A stretch of 64,000 nt of DNA from Longimicrobiales bacterium (GTDB lineage: Bacteria; Gemmatimonadota; Gemmatimonadetes; Longimicrobiales; Gaopeijiaceae): positions 64,001-128,000 of the forward strand of contig CBDCKN010000017.1 of NCBI GenBank assembly GCA_965218295.1, given 5' to 3'. Shown here in pieces: positions 35,496 through 46,800 of this stretch. Position 1 is the stretch's first letter, and every line of letters starts with the position of its first letter. The notes below the pieces were generated by a model that saw only the letters and a program-made list of their open reading frames with translations, did not search any database and had not been told where the DNA came from. A program made the translations under genes and the position numbers.

Positions 35496-36499
35496 GCGTC
35501 CCCCTGTACGGATAGTCGGCCTCTCAGATGCCGGTGCAAGCCGCTGGCGCCTCGGTGTTCCACGTTCCTGGATGCCATGCGGTTCGCGTGGGTCATGGCC
35601 GTATGACGTTCATCTCCTCCCAGCAGTCGGGCAAAGAAAGTAGCTCCCCAAACGTCTCCGCAGCCAGTGGGGTCACCTCGCAGCTCCCCCGTCTCCGAGA
35701 GGGCGCGACCACTGCGCGCGGGGCCGGGCGCGGCGACCCGATGACGCGTCTCGGGCCAGCGCGCCGGGTCACTGTCGAACCCAGCTCCCGCCACGTAGCC
35801 TGCCCCTGTCGGGCCTAGTGTGACGGCGATGAGCTTGAGCTCGGGGCCGACGATCTGGGAGGCCACCTCCCAGGGATCGCCCATGGCCCGTCCCAACAGC
35901 TCGAACTCCTCTTCGTTCATCTGAACGGCGTCGAAACAGCGGAGCCAGGCACCCCAGGAAGGGAGCTCCTGGGGGATCCGCATCCCGCTCCGCGCCACGC
36001 CCAGGAAGAGAGAGTGGAGGTCGGCATAGGTTGGCCCTGGGAAGGCGCTTCTCAGAGCCCGGGCCGTATCCAGCTCCATCTCGAAGCCGGAGATGAAGTT
36101 GATGTAGAGGGCGTCGCAGGTCCCCACTAGCGGACCCAACTCGGCCCACAACCATGGGGGCACGCCACCGGTCAACCGCTCGCTGCGGCGCTCGTTCCCG
36201 GAGTAGACCAACTCGACCCGGTTGCTGGGCTCCGGCACAATGCGGATCCCCGTCTCCACATCCATACGGGGAAGGTCGCGAAGGAACCTCCACGCCTTTT
36301 CGGAGAGGTCGGATCCGATCTTGACGATGGGCACCAGCTCCCATGCGGCAGGAAGAGCCGCTTCCAAGGCGGACAGGGCATAGGCTATCCCTCCCCACTC
36401 CTCCACAGGCTCGCTCCGGCCGTCCCGATGCCGAATCGTGTCCCACACGAGGGTCCCCACCACGCCGAGGCGCTTGGGGCCCGTCTCACACGCCTGCAT
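35492..36499 (-). CDS. PfkB-family carbohydrate kinase-like protein
   Basis: LGVVGTLVWD, WGGIAY, QMNEEE, VTLGPTGA, GDPTGCGDVWGA. Confidence 0.8.
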   Translation of the reverse strand: MQACETGPKRLGVVGTLVWDTIRHRDGRSEPVEEWGGIAYALSALEAALPAAWELVPIVKIGSDLSEKAWRFLRDLPRMDVETGIRIVPEPSNRVELVYSGNERRSERLTGGVPPWLWAELGPLVGTCDALYINFISGFEMELDTARALRSAFPGPTYADLHSLFLGVARSGMRIPQELPSWGAWLRCFDAVQMNEEEFELLGRAMGDPWEVASQIVGPELKLIAVTLGPTGAGYVAGAGFDSDPARWPETRHRVAAPGPARSGRALSETGELRGDPTGCGDVWGATFFARLLGGDERHTAMTHANRMASRNVEHRGASGLHRHLRGRLSVQGDA

Positions 36500-37373
36500 C
36501 AGCCTCTTCGAGCTCGGCAATACCGCGTCGCGCTCGCACCTCACCGTTCGCTCGTATGCGATCCCGGATCGCTCGGTTGCCGGCCACCACCTCCGGACTG
36601 CGATACGGCCTCGGATGCCACAGGTGGAGGCAGGGTGCCCGATGGCGGATCTGCCGTCCTGGGACTCCCAGGTTCACCAAGCGCTCTCCGAGGGCCCGGT
36701 CCAGACCACCGTAGCCCATATCCATGTCGAAGCCGTTCACGGCCACGACGGCACTCTTCCAGGTGGAGGCGTTGTGTCCGTTCCAGGTGGGGCGAGTCGG
36801 CGTGACCCGGTCAAGGAGGGACCCCAGCTTCGGCGACCGTGTCAGGCGAAGGCGGCGACGCCCTCCCCGCCACCCCCTGGCCGTCAGCCACGAGCTTTTG
36901 AACACGCTCCCTGATCTCACGTCTTCGAGGGTCATGGCCTCGGAGAGCTCCCGGGGGAGCTTCAGGTATCCCCCTGAGAGGAAGGTGGATGGACGGGCTT
37001 CGCGGACGTGCACCGCCACGAAGTCCTCCCTCGGGATGCAATCGCCATCGGAGAAGATCAGGTAATCGCCGGTTGCCGCCACCACGGCACGGTTCAGGAT
37101 CTCCGTCTTCCGGAATCCCCGATCTTCATGCCACTCGCGGCGAATCGTGAGCGCGGCTTCTTCGCGGACCCGGTCGATGACGCGGTCCGTCTCCGGACCC
37201 GATCCGTCGTCGGCCACGACGATCTCGAAATCACTGAACGTCTGGTTGGCGTAGCCCCAGAGCACGAGCTCCAAAGCCTGGGGCTGCCGGTACGTGGTGA
37301 GGATGACCGAGGGACGCACGCCGCGCTCGGCCTGCGAGGGCCCCGGCGCGGAGGCCTCTGCGTCGGCGCTCAT
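36486..37373 (-). CDS. Glycosyltransferase family 2 (with galactosyltransferase-like C-terminal domain)
   Basis: [46 protein letters not shown]. Confidence 0.9.
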   Translation of the reverse strand: MSADAEASAPGPSQAERGVRPSVILTTYRQPQALELVLWGYANQTFSDFEIVVADDGSGPETDRVIDRVREEAALTIRREWHEDRGFRKTEILNRAVVAATGDYLIFSDGDCIPREDFVAVHVREARPSTFLSGGYLKLPRELSEAMTLEDVRSGSVFKSSWLTARGWRGGRRRLRLTRSPKLGSLLDRVTPTRPTWNGHNASTWKSAVVAVNGFDMDMGYGGLDRALGERLVNLGVPGRQIRHRAPCLHLWHPRPYRSPEVVAGNRAIRDRIRANGEVRARRGIAELEEADAGV

Positions 37374-39172
37374 GAATCACCCAGTTGGAGGACCGCCAGG
37401 AAGGCCTCCTGCGGAATCTCGACGGCCCCGACCTGCTTCATCCGCTTCTTTCCGGCCTTCTGCTTCTCCAGGAGCTTCCGCTTCCGCGTGATGTCACCGC
37501 CATAACACTTCGCGGTCACGTTCTTGCGAAGGGCTTTCACATTTGTGCGCGCCACGATCTGGGTCCCGATTGCGGCCTGCAGGGCCACCTCGAACTGCTG
37601 ACGTGGGATCAGCTTCTTGAGCCGTCGCACCAGATCACGGCCGTACTCGAAGGCCTTCTCCTGATGAATGATCACCGAGAACGCGTCCACGGGGTCGCCG
37701 TTCACCATAATGTCGAGCTTGACCAGATCGTCGGCCCGGAACTCCAGGAACTCGTAGTCGAGAGCCGCATAGCCGCGAGTCCCACCCTTGAGCCTGTCGT
37801 AGAAATCCAGAACGATTTCGGCCAGAGGCAGCTCGAAGTCCATCTCCACCCGCTGGGTGTCGAGGTATTGCATCTCCTTGAAGATCCCCCGGCGGTCGTG
37901 GCAGAGCTTCTGTACGTTGCCGATGTACTCGGCGGGGCAGACGATGCGAGCCCTCACGATGGGCTCCGAGATGCTGTCGATGCGGCCGTGCTCTGGAAGC
38001 GCCGTAGGATTCTCCAGGATCACCTCGGTGCCATCGGAGAGGTTCACGTGGTACTCCACGTTGGGCACGGTGGTGATTAGGTCTACGTCGAACTCACGAT
38101 CCAGACGCTCCTGGACGATCTCCATGTGGAGGAGCCCGAGAAACCCGCAGCGGAAGCCGAAGCCCAGTGCGGCAGACGTTTCGGCGACGTAGTGCAGGCT
38201 GGCGTCGTTGAGCTGGAGGCGAGCCAAGGCGTCACGGAGGTTCTCGTAGTCGTCTGCATCGGTGGGGTAGAGGCCGGCGAAGACCATGGAGTGTACGTCC
38301 TTGTAGCCCTCAAGGAGTTCCTCGGCCGTATTGTCTGCGTCCAGGATCGTGTCTCCGACACGGGTGTGCGCTACAACCTTGATGGCCGCGATGACGTACC
38401 CCACCTCGCCCGGCGTCAGCTCGGGTTGTGGCACTCGCCCCAGGCGCATGAAGCCCACCTCAGTGACTTCGTAGCGCTGGTCGACGGCTCCGAAGGTGAT
38501 GGACATCCCGGGCTTCACTACGCCGTCAACGATCCTCACGTTGGGGACGGCTCCCTGATACTGGTCGTACCAGGAGTCGAAGATCAGAGCCCGAAGAGGC
38601 GCTTTGGCATCCCCCACGGGAGGCGGCACCTGATGGACTACCGCCTCCAGCACCGGCGTGATGCCGATCCCCTCCTTAGCGCTGGCCAGGAGGATGGTCT
38701 CGGGCTCGACGCCCATGAGGTCGGCGAGCTCCGCCTGCCGTCGCTCCGGCTCGGCCCCTGGCAGGTCGATCTTGTTGATGACCGGGATGACCTCGAGATC
38801 GGCGTCCAGGGCCAGGAACAGGTTGGAGAGCGTCTGAGCCTGGACGCCCTGCGTGGCGTCGACCACGAGGATAGCGCCTTCGCAGGCAGCGAGGGACCGC
38901 GAGACCTCGTACGTGAAATCCACATGTCCCGGCGTGTCGATGAGGTTCAGAACGTACTCGCCACCGTCCTCCGCACCGTAAACCATCCGGACCGCGTGGA
39001 GCTTTATGGTGATGCCTCGCTCCCGCTCCAGCTCGTTGGAGTCCAGGACCTGCTCCCGCATCTCGCGCTCATCGAGCGTGCGGGTCTCCTCGAGCAACCG
39101 ATCGGCCAGGGTCGACTTGCCGTGATCGATGTGTGCGATGATGCAAAAGTTGCGGATGTGGTCGAGGTCCAC
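37370..39172 (-). CDS. lepA: Translation elongation factor 4
   Basis: [52 protein letters not shown]. Confidence 0.98.
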   Translation of the reverse strand: MDLDHIRNFCIIAHIDHGKSTLADRLLEETRTLDEREMREQVLDSNELERERGITIKLHAVRMVYGAEDGGEYVLNLIDTPGHVDFTYEVSRSLAACEGAILVVDATQGVQAQTLSNLFLALDADLEVIPVINKIDLPGAEPERRQAELADLMGVEPETILLASAKEGIGITPVLEAVVHQVPPPVGDAKAPLRALIFDSWYDQYQGAVPNVRIVDGVVKPGMSITFGAVDQRYEVTEVGFMRLGRVPQPELTPGEVGYVIAAIKVVAHTRVGDTILDADNTAEELLEGYKDVHSMVFAGLYPTDADDYENLRDALARLQLNDASLHYVAETSAALGFGFRCGFLGLLHMEIVQERLDREFDVDLITTVPNVEYHVNLSDGTEVILENPTALPEHGRIDSISEPIVRARIVCPAEYIGNVQKLCHDRRGIFKEMQYLDTQRVEMDFELPLAEIVLDFYDRLKGGTRGYAALDYEFLEFRADDLVKLDIMVNGDPVDAFSVIIHQEKAFEYGRDLVRRLKKLIPRQQFEVALQAAIGTQIVARTNVKALRKNVTAKCYGGDITRKRKLLEKQKAGKKRMKQVGAVEIPQEAFLAVLQLGDS

Positions 39173-39242
39173 TGGGGAGGCGATTCCACCTAGAGGGTCG
39201 GACTTGGGCTGAATTCATGAAGATAATCGGGCCGAATGGACC

Positions 39243-39280
39243 AAAGAAGACGGGCCGACGGCCTGTGCAGCCGGCCCCGT
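39243..39280 (-). terminator. Putative terminator after the DUF4384 gene
   Basis: ACGGGGCCG...CGGCCCGT stem followed by CTTCTTT on the minus strand. Confidence 0.45.
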
Positions 39281-39326
39281 GCCAACCCACGATTCCTAGT
39301 GGTCCTCCGCTAGTCCACCCGGCTCA

Positions 39327-40715
39327 CTAGCCGCCGGGTCTGCGCGACCGTGGCGGCCGTCGCGAGCTACCGAATGAGGCTCCGCTCGAACGCCGGGGTG
39401 GCGGTCTCTTCAGCGCCGGCTGAGACCGGGTCGGGCTGCTGCCAGTAATAGCCGAACCACCCGATCGGGGCGGTGGCCTCCGAACCGCCGGAGGCGACGA
39501 CCTGCCCCGGGTCGCGGAGCCCTGAAGCCGAGGCGGGTTGGCCCGAGGAGGCGCCACCCGGCTCGAAGAGCCGGATCGGCGGCGGTCCACCCGCGGCGCC
39601 GGAGTCACGCGCGCCCCGTTCGAGGGGCGAGAGGCGGCGGGCGGGCGCCTCTCCAGCACCGGCCGCTTCGCATCCGGAGCCGTCGCCGGTGGGGCTCGAC
39701 GGGACCCAGGGCTGCCCTCCCGCCCGTCGGCTGCGCCTTGCCGGGTCGCCGGGGCCCGGACTCGAGCGTCGCGGTCACCGGACGACGGCTCCCGAGTACC
39801 GGCGGTAGTTGGACGTCGGGCGTCCGGGGCCGCCGTCACGCCGCGCGGGATCGCTCGGCCGCGCTGTCTGTCGCGGGCCGCCGAGGCGTCATCACGACCC
39901 TCGGCCGGAACGCGCCGGACAATGGGCGTTCCCGGCTCACCACGTGCCCGCTCCTTGAACCCGAAGCGCGGCCCCCCTGGGACGCTCCTGCCCACCAACA
40001 CGACCCTATCTCCCCGATAGCGCCGGGAGGGGTAGAAATAGGGATCGTCGTAGACGATGACCCTGAAGTTGGTGCAGGTGTAGTGGTACGGATCCCAGAT
40101 GTTGTACGGCTTGAAGCCGTGACAGTCGTAGCACAGGAATCGGGGATACGCGTGCGCGACGCCTACGCTGTAGGAGACGAAGTCGAGGCCGTACGCAGCG
40201 TACTCCCAGTCGGAAACGAGCCGTGCGACGTAGTCGTCGATGGCCACGAAGGGGTCCCGGTAGACCCGGTTCCCCACGAGCGAGAGATCCCACCCACCTT
40301 GGTAGTAGGAGTAACGGAAATCCGAAAAATCGAACCGCCTGGGAGACGTCACAATGAAGAAGTACCCTTCGCCCGGGCGATCATCCACGTGCCAGTACGG
40401 CGAGCGGGGGAAGAGCAGCCGGTAGTCTCGGCCTGCCCGGGCGTAGTGGTTCTCGCTGGGCGAACGGGGGTAAAGCAGCCGCACGGTACCGTCCGTGTCG
40501 AACTGGAGGATGGCCACGTACGCGCTCACGCTCGACCGGTAGTGGACGCGGACCCGGTCACCCCTCTGCAGGACCGGATCGATCCCCCGGTCCAGCCAGA
40601 TCCGGGCCTCGGGCACGGGCTCCTGATGCCGGAATGCCGCGAGACGCATCAGGTCCCACGGCTCGGGCCCGCCGGTGAGCACCGAGAGTAGGGTGACAGC
40701 TCCTGTGATCCACAT
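39327..40715 (-). CDS. Secreted DUF4384-domain protein with CxxCH motif and long Arg/Ser/Pro-rich tail
   Basis: RBS AAGGAGG; GDRVRVHYRSS..AYVAIL..DTDGTVRLLYP (DUF4384); PRFLCYDCH; low-complexity C-terminus. Confidence 0.75.
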   Translation of the reverse strand: MWITGAVTLLSVLTGGPEPWDLMRLAAFRHQEPVPEARIWLDRGIDPVLQRGDRVRVHYRSSVSAYVAILQFDTDGTVRLLYPRSPSENHYARAGRDYRLLFPRSPYWHVDDRPGEGYFFIVTSPRRFDFSDFRYSYYQGGWDLSLVGNRVYRDPFVAIDDYVARLVSDWEYAAYGLDFVSYSVGVAHAYPRFLCYDCHGFKPYNIWDPYHYTCTNFRVIVYDDPYFYPSRRYRGDRVVLVGRSVPGGPRFGFKERARGEPGTPIVRRVPAEGRDDASAARDRQRGRAIPRGVTAAPDARRPTTAGTREPSSGDRDARVRAPATRQGAADGREGSPGSRRAPPATAPDAKRPVLERRPPAASRPSNGARVTPAPRVDRRRSGSSSRVAPPRANPPRLQGSATRGRSSPPAVRRPPPRSGGSAITGSSPTRSQPALKRPPPRRSSGASFGSSRRPPRSRRPGG

Positions 40716-40750
40716 ATGCTCCTCCTTGAGCATCCTCCACCCTCGGAGTT

Positions 40751-40766
40751 GGCAGGACTCGTGCCA
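40751..40766 (-). promoter_or_regulatory. Putative sigma54 promoter
   Basis: TGGCACGAGTCCTGCC = perfect -24 TGGCACG with GG-N10-GC, about 36 bp upstream of the ATG. Confidence 0.65.
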
Positions 40767-40957
40767 GCGCTCGATCCGGTAACTGCGGGGAGAATCGCGC
40801 GGTTAGGGCCGCGGATCGTCCGAAAAAGTGGACGGCGACCGGGAAAGGCCTGGACACTTTTACCTGCTTCGTTCTGCGGCTCTAGCGACCGCCGGGAACC
40901 CCATGAGGTCTCACGACAACCCATTGCCTTTCTCGGGTGACCCGCTAGTGTGGCGCC

Positions 40958-41893
40958 ATGACTGACATCACCTCCCAGGCGTCGAGCCGGCTGCGCTCGC
41001 GACCCGACCTCATGGATCCCCACACCCTCTCACAACTGGGGGGAGTGGAGCTCATCGCCCGTCAGGTCGTCGAGGGCTTCATCATGGGACTGCACCGCTC
41101 CCCACACCGCGGATTCTCGGCCGAGTTCGCGGAGCTGAGGGCGTATCAGCCCGGCGACGACCTGCGCCACATCGACTGGCGGATGTTTGGGCGCTCCGAT
41201 CGTTACTACGTCAAGCAGTTCGAGGAGGAGACCAACCTCCGGGCCTACATCCTGGTGGACGTGAGCACCTCCATGGGTTGGAGCTCGAACCCGGACAGCC
41301 TCCCGACCAAGCTGTGGTACGCCAAGCACCTGGCCGCCTCCCTCTCGCTCATCCTGCTTCGACAGGGAGATGCTGTGGGGTTGGCCGCGTTCCACGATCA
41401 GGTCGTCGCCCGCGTGGCGCCGCGGGGAGGGCAGCGCTACTGGCACGAGATCCTTCGACGGCTGGCGCCCCTCGAGGCGCAGGGGCGCACGTCGGCCCAC
41501 CCGGCCCTCCGGGATATCGCCGTCCGCCTTCGGCGAGCCGGATTGGTGGTGCTCCTCTCGGATCTGCTGGTCGACCCCGAGACCACGCGCACCGCTCTGC
41601 GCTTCTTGAGGCACCAGGGACACGAGGTGCTCGTCTTCCATCTCATCGACCCCGGCGAGCGTGAGCTGCCCGCGGCGGGTGACACGCGCTTCTACGATCC
41701 CGAGACCGCGGAGGAGCTGAACGTGAACGTGGCCGACGTACGCTCGGCCTATCGGAACGCGGTACGAGACGCTCTGGCCGAGTGGGACCGGGGACTCCGG
41801 CCACACGGCATCGACTACGTGGTCGTCGGAACCGAGACACCCCTCTCCAGAGCCCTTCGCTTCTATCTGCGAAAGCGAGAGCATCTGGGCTGA
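40958..41893 (+). CDS. DUF58 domain protein
   Basis: GLHRSPHRGFSAEFAELRAYQPGDDLRHIDW, VKQFEEETN, LVDVSTSM. Confidence 0.93.
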   Translation: MTDITSQASSRLRSRPDLMDPHTLSQLGGVELIARQVVEGFIMGLHRSPHRGFSAEFAELRAYQPGDDLRHIDWRMFGRSDRYYVKQFEEETNLRAYILVDVSTSMGWSSNPDSLPTKLWYAKHLAASLSLILLRQGDAVGLAAFHDQVVARVAPRGGQRYWHEILRRLAPLEAQGRTSAHPALRDIAVRLRRAGLVVLLSDLLVDPETTRTALRFLRHQGHEVLVFHLIDPGERELPAAGDTRFYDPETAEELNVNVADVRSAYRNAVRDALAEWDRGLRPHGIDYVVVGTETPLSRALRFYLRKREHLG

Positions 41894-43842
41894 TGGGATT
41901 CCTCTCACCGGTCTTCCTCCTGGCCGGACTGGCGGTGGCCGTACCCCTGATACTGCACCTCTTCCACCGTCACGACGCTCGCCGCGTGGCGTTTCCGGCC
42001 CTTCGCTACCTCCTGCGGACCGAGAAGGAGCATGCCCACACCATCCGGCTGCGCCAGCTGCTCCTCCTCCTGCTCCGGATGGCTGCCATCCTCTTGCTGG
42101 TTGGGGCCGGTACCCGACCCTTCCTTCGAGGTGGAGGTGGGGTGCATGATGCCACCGCTGCGGTCATCGTTCTCGACAACTCCATGAGCTCGGGCCTAAT
42201 TCGGGGAGGCAATCGGGTTCTCGACCTCCTGAAGGCGGTGGCCCTCAAGAGTGTCGACGGCGCCAGCGACGAAGACCGCGTCTGGCTCATCCGGGCAGGC
42301 CAGCCGTGGGAGGTGGCCATCAGTAGCACACGGGCGGAGCTGCGGAAAGCCATTCTCGCGACCGAAGTCACCGACGCGGCCGGAGATCTCCTCCCGGCTC
42401 TTGAAAGGGCGGTCGTGCTGGTCTCCGGCGCGGATCTGCCTGCGAGCGAGATCCATCTGATCTCCGACATGCAGGCCTCGGCGTTCGCAGGTGCACCCAC
42501 GACTTTGGCGCTCCAAGACATCCCCGTCGTCGTCTTCAACGCACGTGCCCCGATCCCGTGGAACGGTCACCTCGACAGCTTGCTGATTGGAGGGGGTCTG
42601 CCGCCCCTGGCCAACCAGCGCACTCGACTCTCCGTCCGGGTGTCCGGCACGGCCGACGGCGGCGGCGTGCCCCTCCGCCTGGTGATCGGGAACCGCATCC
42701 GTGGCGCCGCCACCGCCCGTACCGGGGGGTCGACGATCCTCCCCCTCGGGCCCTTCACCATCGGTCGCGTGAGCGGTTACGTGGAGAGTGATCCCGACGA
42801 CCTGCGGGGAGACAACCGACGCTACTTCACCTTCCGAGTGCGGCGGCCACCTACCGTGGCCACCGCTGGGGCATCCTCGTTTTTCCTCTCCGAGGCGTTC
42901 CCGGTCCTCACGGACGCGGGGCGGATTCGGTTGACTCCGCCGCAGGATGCGGAGGTCCTTGTCAGCGTGGCCGGATCCGGGGTGAGGGAGGCGACCGCAG
43001 CCGGGCGCGCCACGGTGGTCGTGCCGCCGGGGGATGCCACACTCCTCCCGGGCCTCAACAGAGCCCTCGCCGCAGCGGGGATTCCATGGCGATACGAGCT
43101 CACCGAAGGGCGGGGGGAGGCCGCCGTCACACGCTGGACTGGCCCGGTGGACCTGAGCGAAGTCCGAATCCGGTCCCACTACCTACTCACTCCCAACGAC
43201 GACGGACTGGGGGCGGGCGTTCTCGCGCGCCTGTCGTCGGGGGAGCCCTGGCTGGTGGAGGGCACGACCCCCAGGGGTCCGTATCTCCTGATGGCCTCGG
43301 ACCTGGAGCAGGAATCCACCAATCTGGCGGTAACCGCAGCCATGGTCCCGCTCCTGGAATGGATGGTGGCCCGCTGGGGAAATACCGACACCGGATCGGC
43401 AGGCATCATCGCGGGTGGAGCCATACCCACACCGCCGGGAGCCACGGCAATCCGGGACCCACAGGGAGCCCTGCACCCCGTGGACGGAGCGCAACCTTTC
43501 CGCGCCACCCGATGGACGGGACTGTACGAGGTCCTTCAGAGTGACTCCATCGTGAACGTGGTGGCCGTCAACGCGCCCCTGTCGGAGTCGGTCCTGACAC
43601 CCATCGAGCTCGACGACCTGGAGGCTCTCGTTCCCGGACCCATGACCGTGGTGGCGGACAGTGCTCGATGGACCCGTGCTCTCTTCTCCACGGGTCAGGG
43701 GCCTGAGATCTGGCGGTGGCTGTTGGCCGCCGCCGTGCTGGTCCTTCTGGCCGAAAGCCTCGTGGCCGCCTCCGGACCTGCCGCAACCGGTCGACCCTCG
43801 GCTCCCGCCATCCACACGGCTCAGGATCCGACACCCGCCTGA
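41893..43842 (+). CDS. BatA N-terminal and vWA domain membrane protein
   Basis: MGFLSPVFLLAGLAVAVPLILHL, FPALRYL, MIDAS LDNSMS, LISD, C-terminal EIWRWLL TM. Confidence 0.85.
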   Translation: MGFLSPVFLLAGLAVAVPLILHLFHRHDARRVAFPALRYLLRTEKEHAHTIRLRQLLLLLLRMAAILLLVGAGTRPFLRGGGGVHDATAAVIVLDNSMSSGLIRGGNRVLDLLKAVALKSVDGASDEDRVWLIRAGQPWEVAISSTRAELRKAILATEVTDAAGDLLPALERAVVLVSGADLPASEIHLISDMQASAFAGAPTTLALQDIPVVVFNARAPIPWNGHLDSLLIGGGLPPLANQRTRLSVRVSGTADGGGVPLRLVIGNRIRGAATARTGGSTILPLGPFTIGRVSGYVESDPDDLRGDNRRYFTFRVRRPPTVATAGASSFFLSEAFPVLTDAGRIRLTPPQDAEVLVSVAGSGVREATAAGRATVVVPPGDATLLPGLNRALAAAGIPWRYELTEGRGEAAVTRWTGPVDLSEVRIRSHYLLTPNDDGLGAGVLARLSSGEPWLVEGTTPRGPYLLMASDLEQESTNLAVTAAMVPLLEWMVARWGNTDTGSAGIIAGGAIPTPPGATAIRDPQGALHPVDGAQPFRATRWTGLYEVLQSDSIVNVVAVNAPLSESVLTPIELDDLEALVPGPMTVVADSARWTRALFSTGQGPEIWRWLLAAAVLVLLAESLVAASGPAATGRPSAPAIHTAQDPTPA

Positions 43843-43844
43843 TC

Positions 43845-46800
43845 GTGTCCGGCAGTCCCCACCCCATCGTTCAGGCCATAAGCACGTGCCCCGGCTTCGA
43901 GCGGTTGTGCCGTCAGCTACCGGACCGCGGGCAGCGTCGCGTTCTCGGTGGCGCGGTCGGCTCGGCATCCACGGCCCTGGTCGCAGCCCTGCACGAGCGC
44001 TTCGCGACCAGGATGCTGGTGGTCGTCACACCGTCGCCACAATCGGCCACCAATGCGGAGGCGGACCTGGAGGCCCTGCTCGGTCGAGAGGAGTCCTTCC
44101 TGTTTCCCCAGAGGGAGGCCCTCCCCTACGAGTCGAGCGAGCCACACCTGGAGATCGGAGGGCTCCGGGTCGAAGCCGTGGAAGCCCTTCTGGGGGGCCG
44201 GGCACGGCTGCTGGTGACGACCTTGCGCGCGTTGCAGGAGCGGGCCCCGATCCCGGCAGGTTTGGCAGAGCTCCGGATCACTCTGCGAACGCGAGGGGAG
44301 CCGGGTTTCCATCGCCTGATACAAGACCTCGACAAGCGGGGCTTCGAGCGGGTTCCCCTGGTGGAGGAAGTGGGACAGTACGCGGTGCGTGGCGGCCTCC
44401 TCGACATCTTCTCGTTCGGGACTCCCGAGCCGTTCCGTGTGGAGTTCTGGGGCGACGAGATCGTGTCGCTTCGCTTCTTCGACATCCTGGACCAGCGCTC
44501 GAAGGGGTCGACGGACGACGTCCATATCCTTCCGGTGGACTTCCACAGGGAGCGAGACGACGGGGCCGTGGTCTCCCGGTCACTTCTGGAGCTTCTCCCC
44601 GCGGACGTGCTCCTATTCCGGTTCGGAGACGAGGATTGGTCGGCCGAGCTCACCCGCACCTGGGGCCACGTGTGTCGCCTCCACGACGAGCTCGAGGCAG
44701 AAGGAAAGGCGCCCGACGGGCCCGAGACCCTCTTCGTCGACGCTCAGGAGGCCGAGGAGCGACTCTCGAGCCTCGCCCGGGTCGACGTCTCGCCCGAGTC
44801 AAACGACGCCCTCGAGCTGGCGTGCACACCGCCGCCCGTCATCGACCGCGACATGTCCCGGCTGGGAGCGGCCCTTCGGGCGGCCTCCGGCATGGGGCAG
44901 AAGAGCCTCGTCCTGTGCGATAACCGCGGCCAGTGCGACCGGCTCGAAGAGATCCTCGGTGGCCCCGAGAAGATCCCTCCCGGAGCCCATGTCGTAGTGG
45001 GCTCCCTCGCCGCTGGCTTCGTCCTCGAGTGCGCTGAGCCTCCGCTTCAGGTCTTTACGGACCACGAGATTTTCCGGCGCTCCAGGAGAGTGCGCAGGGG
45101 TCGGCGCTTCCGGGGAGCCGTGGCGCTGGAAAGTCTCTCGCAGCTGTCCCCCGGAGACCACGTCGTGCACATGGAGCACGGGGTCGGAGTCTTCAGAGGG
45201 CTGGAGCGAGTCGACATCGCAGGCGAGGAGCTCGAGTCCATGGCCATCGAGTACGCCGGGGAGGAGGTCCTCCGCTTGCCCGTATCCCGCTTGGATCTCG
45301 TAGAGCGGTGGGTCGGCGAATCGGACACGGCCAAGCCCCCCACCCTGCACCGAATCGGCGGCAAGCGCTGGAAGACCTTGAAGCGCCGAACCAGCCAAGC
45401 CATCGAGAAGATGACGATCGAGCTGCTCGAGCTCTACGCGAGGCGCTCGACGATCCAGGGGTTCGCCTACTCCCATGATACCCTCTGGCAAAAGGAGATG
45501 GAATCCTCGTTCCTCTATGAGGATACTCCGGACCAGCGGCTCGCGACGGAGGACGTGAAGCGCGACATGGAGTCTTCCGGGCCGATGGATCGGCTGATCT
45601 GCGGAGACGTGGGATACGGCAAGACCGAGGTCGCCATCCGGGCGGCCTTCAAGGCAGTCCAAGACGGCAAGCAGGTGGCCCTACTCGCCCCCACCACTGT
45701 TCTCGTCGAGCAGCACCGCCACACGTTCGAAGAGCGACTGGCCGACTACCCAGTGAAAATCGGCGCTTTGAGCCGCTTCCGGACGCCGAAGGAGCAGAAG
45801 CTGCTCCTCAAGAAGTTGAAGACCGGCGAAATGGACATCGTCATCGGAACCCACCGCCTCCTTTCCAAGGACGTGGAGCTGGCACGGCTCGGCCTGCTCA
45901 TCGTGGACGAGGAGCAAAGGTTCGGTGTCCGGCACAAGGAGCGCCTCAAGCAGCTCCGAGCCTCCGTGGACGTGCTGACACTCACGGCGACCCCCATCCC
46001 CCGGACGCTGTACCTGTCCCTCACGGGGATTCGCGACCTCTCACTCATACGAACACCGCCGCGGGACCGCATTCCGATCATCACCCACGTGGTTCCATGG
46101 TCCGATCAGATCATCGCCGAGTCCCTCCAGCGGGAGTTGGACCGGGGGGGGCAGGCGTTCTTCCTGCACAACCTGGTGGCGACCATTCACGGGGCCGCGG
46201 ACCACGTGCAAGACCTGGCCCCGGAAGCCCGGGTTGACGTAGCCCACGGGCAGATGAAGTCGCGGGAGCTGGACCGGGTCATGCGCGATTTCGTCGACGG
46301 CGAGATCGACGTGCTGGTGTGCTCATCCATCATCGAGAATGGGCTCGACGTACCGAACGCGAATACGCTCATCGTAAACCAGGCCGACCACTTCGGACTG
46401 TCCCAACTGTACCAGATCCGGGGGCGGGTGGGGCGCTCTGACCGCCGGGCCTATTGCTACCTGATCGTGCCGGACTACCTCACGGACGAAGCCGAGCGCC
46501 GCCTTCGGGTGCTGGAGCACTACACCGAGCTGGGGAGCGGCTACTCGGTAGCGCTACGCGACATGGAGCTCAGAGGCGCGGGAAACCTCCTGGGGGGCGA
46601 TCAGTCCGGGTTCGCCCACGCCATCGGCATAGACGCCTACATGCGTCTTCTGGAGCAGACCGTGAAGCGGGTCAAGGAAGGCGAGGAGGAGCCCGAGTAT
46701 CCGCACCCGGAAATCACCATGACGGGATCGGCGTACCTACCCGACGAATACGTGCCGGACTCGGGGCAGAAGCTGCACCTCTACCGTCGCCTGTCGAAGC

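Noticed and set aside
39269..39284. sigma54-like TGGCACGGGGCCGGCT upstream of lepA
   Set aside because: Poor -12 element, and it overlaps a terminator-like hairpin
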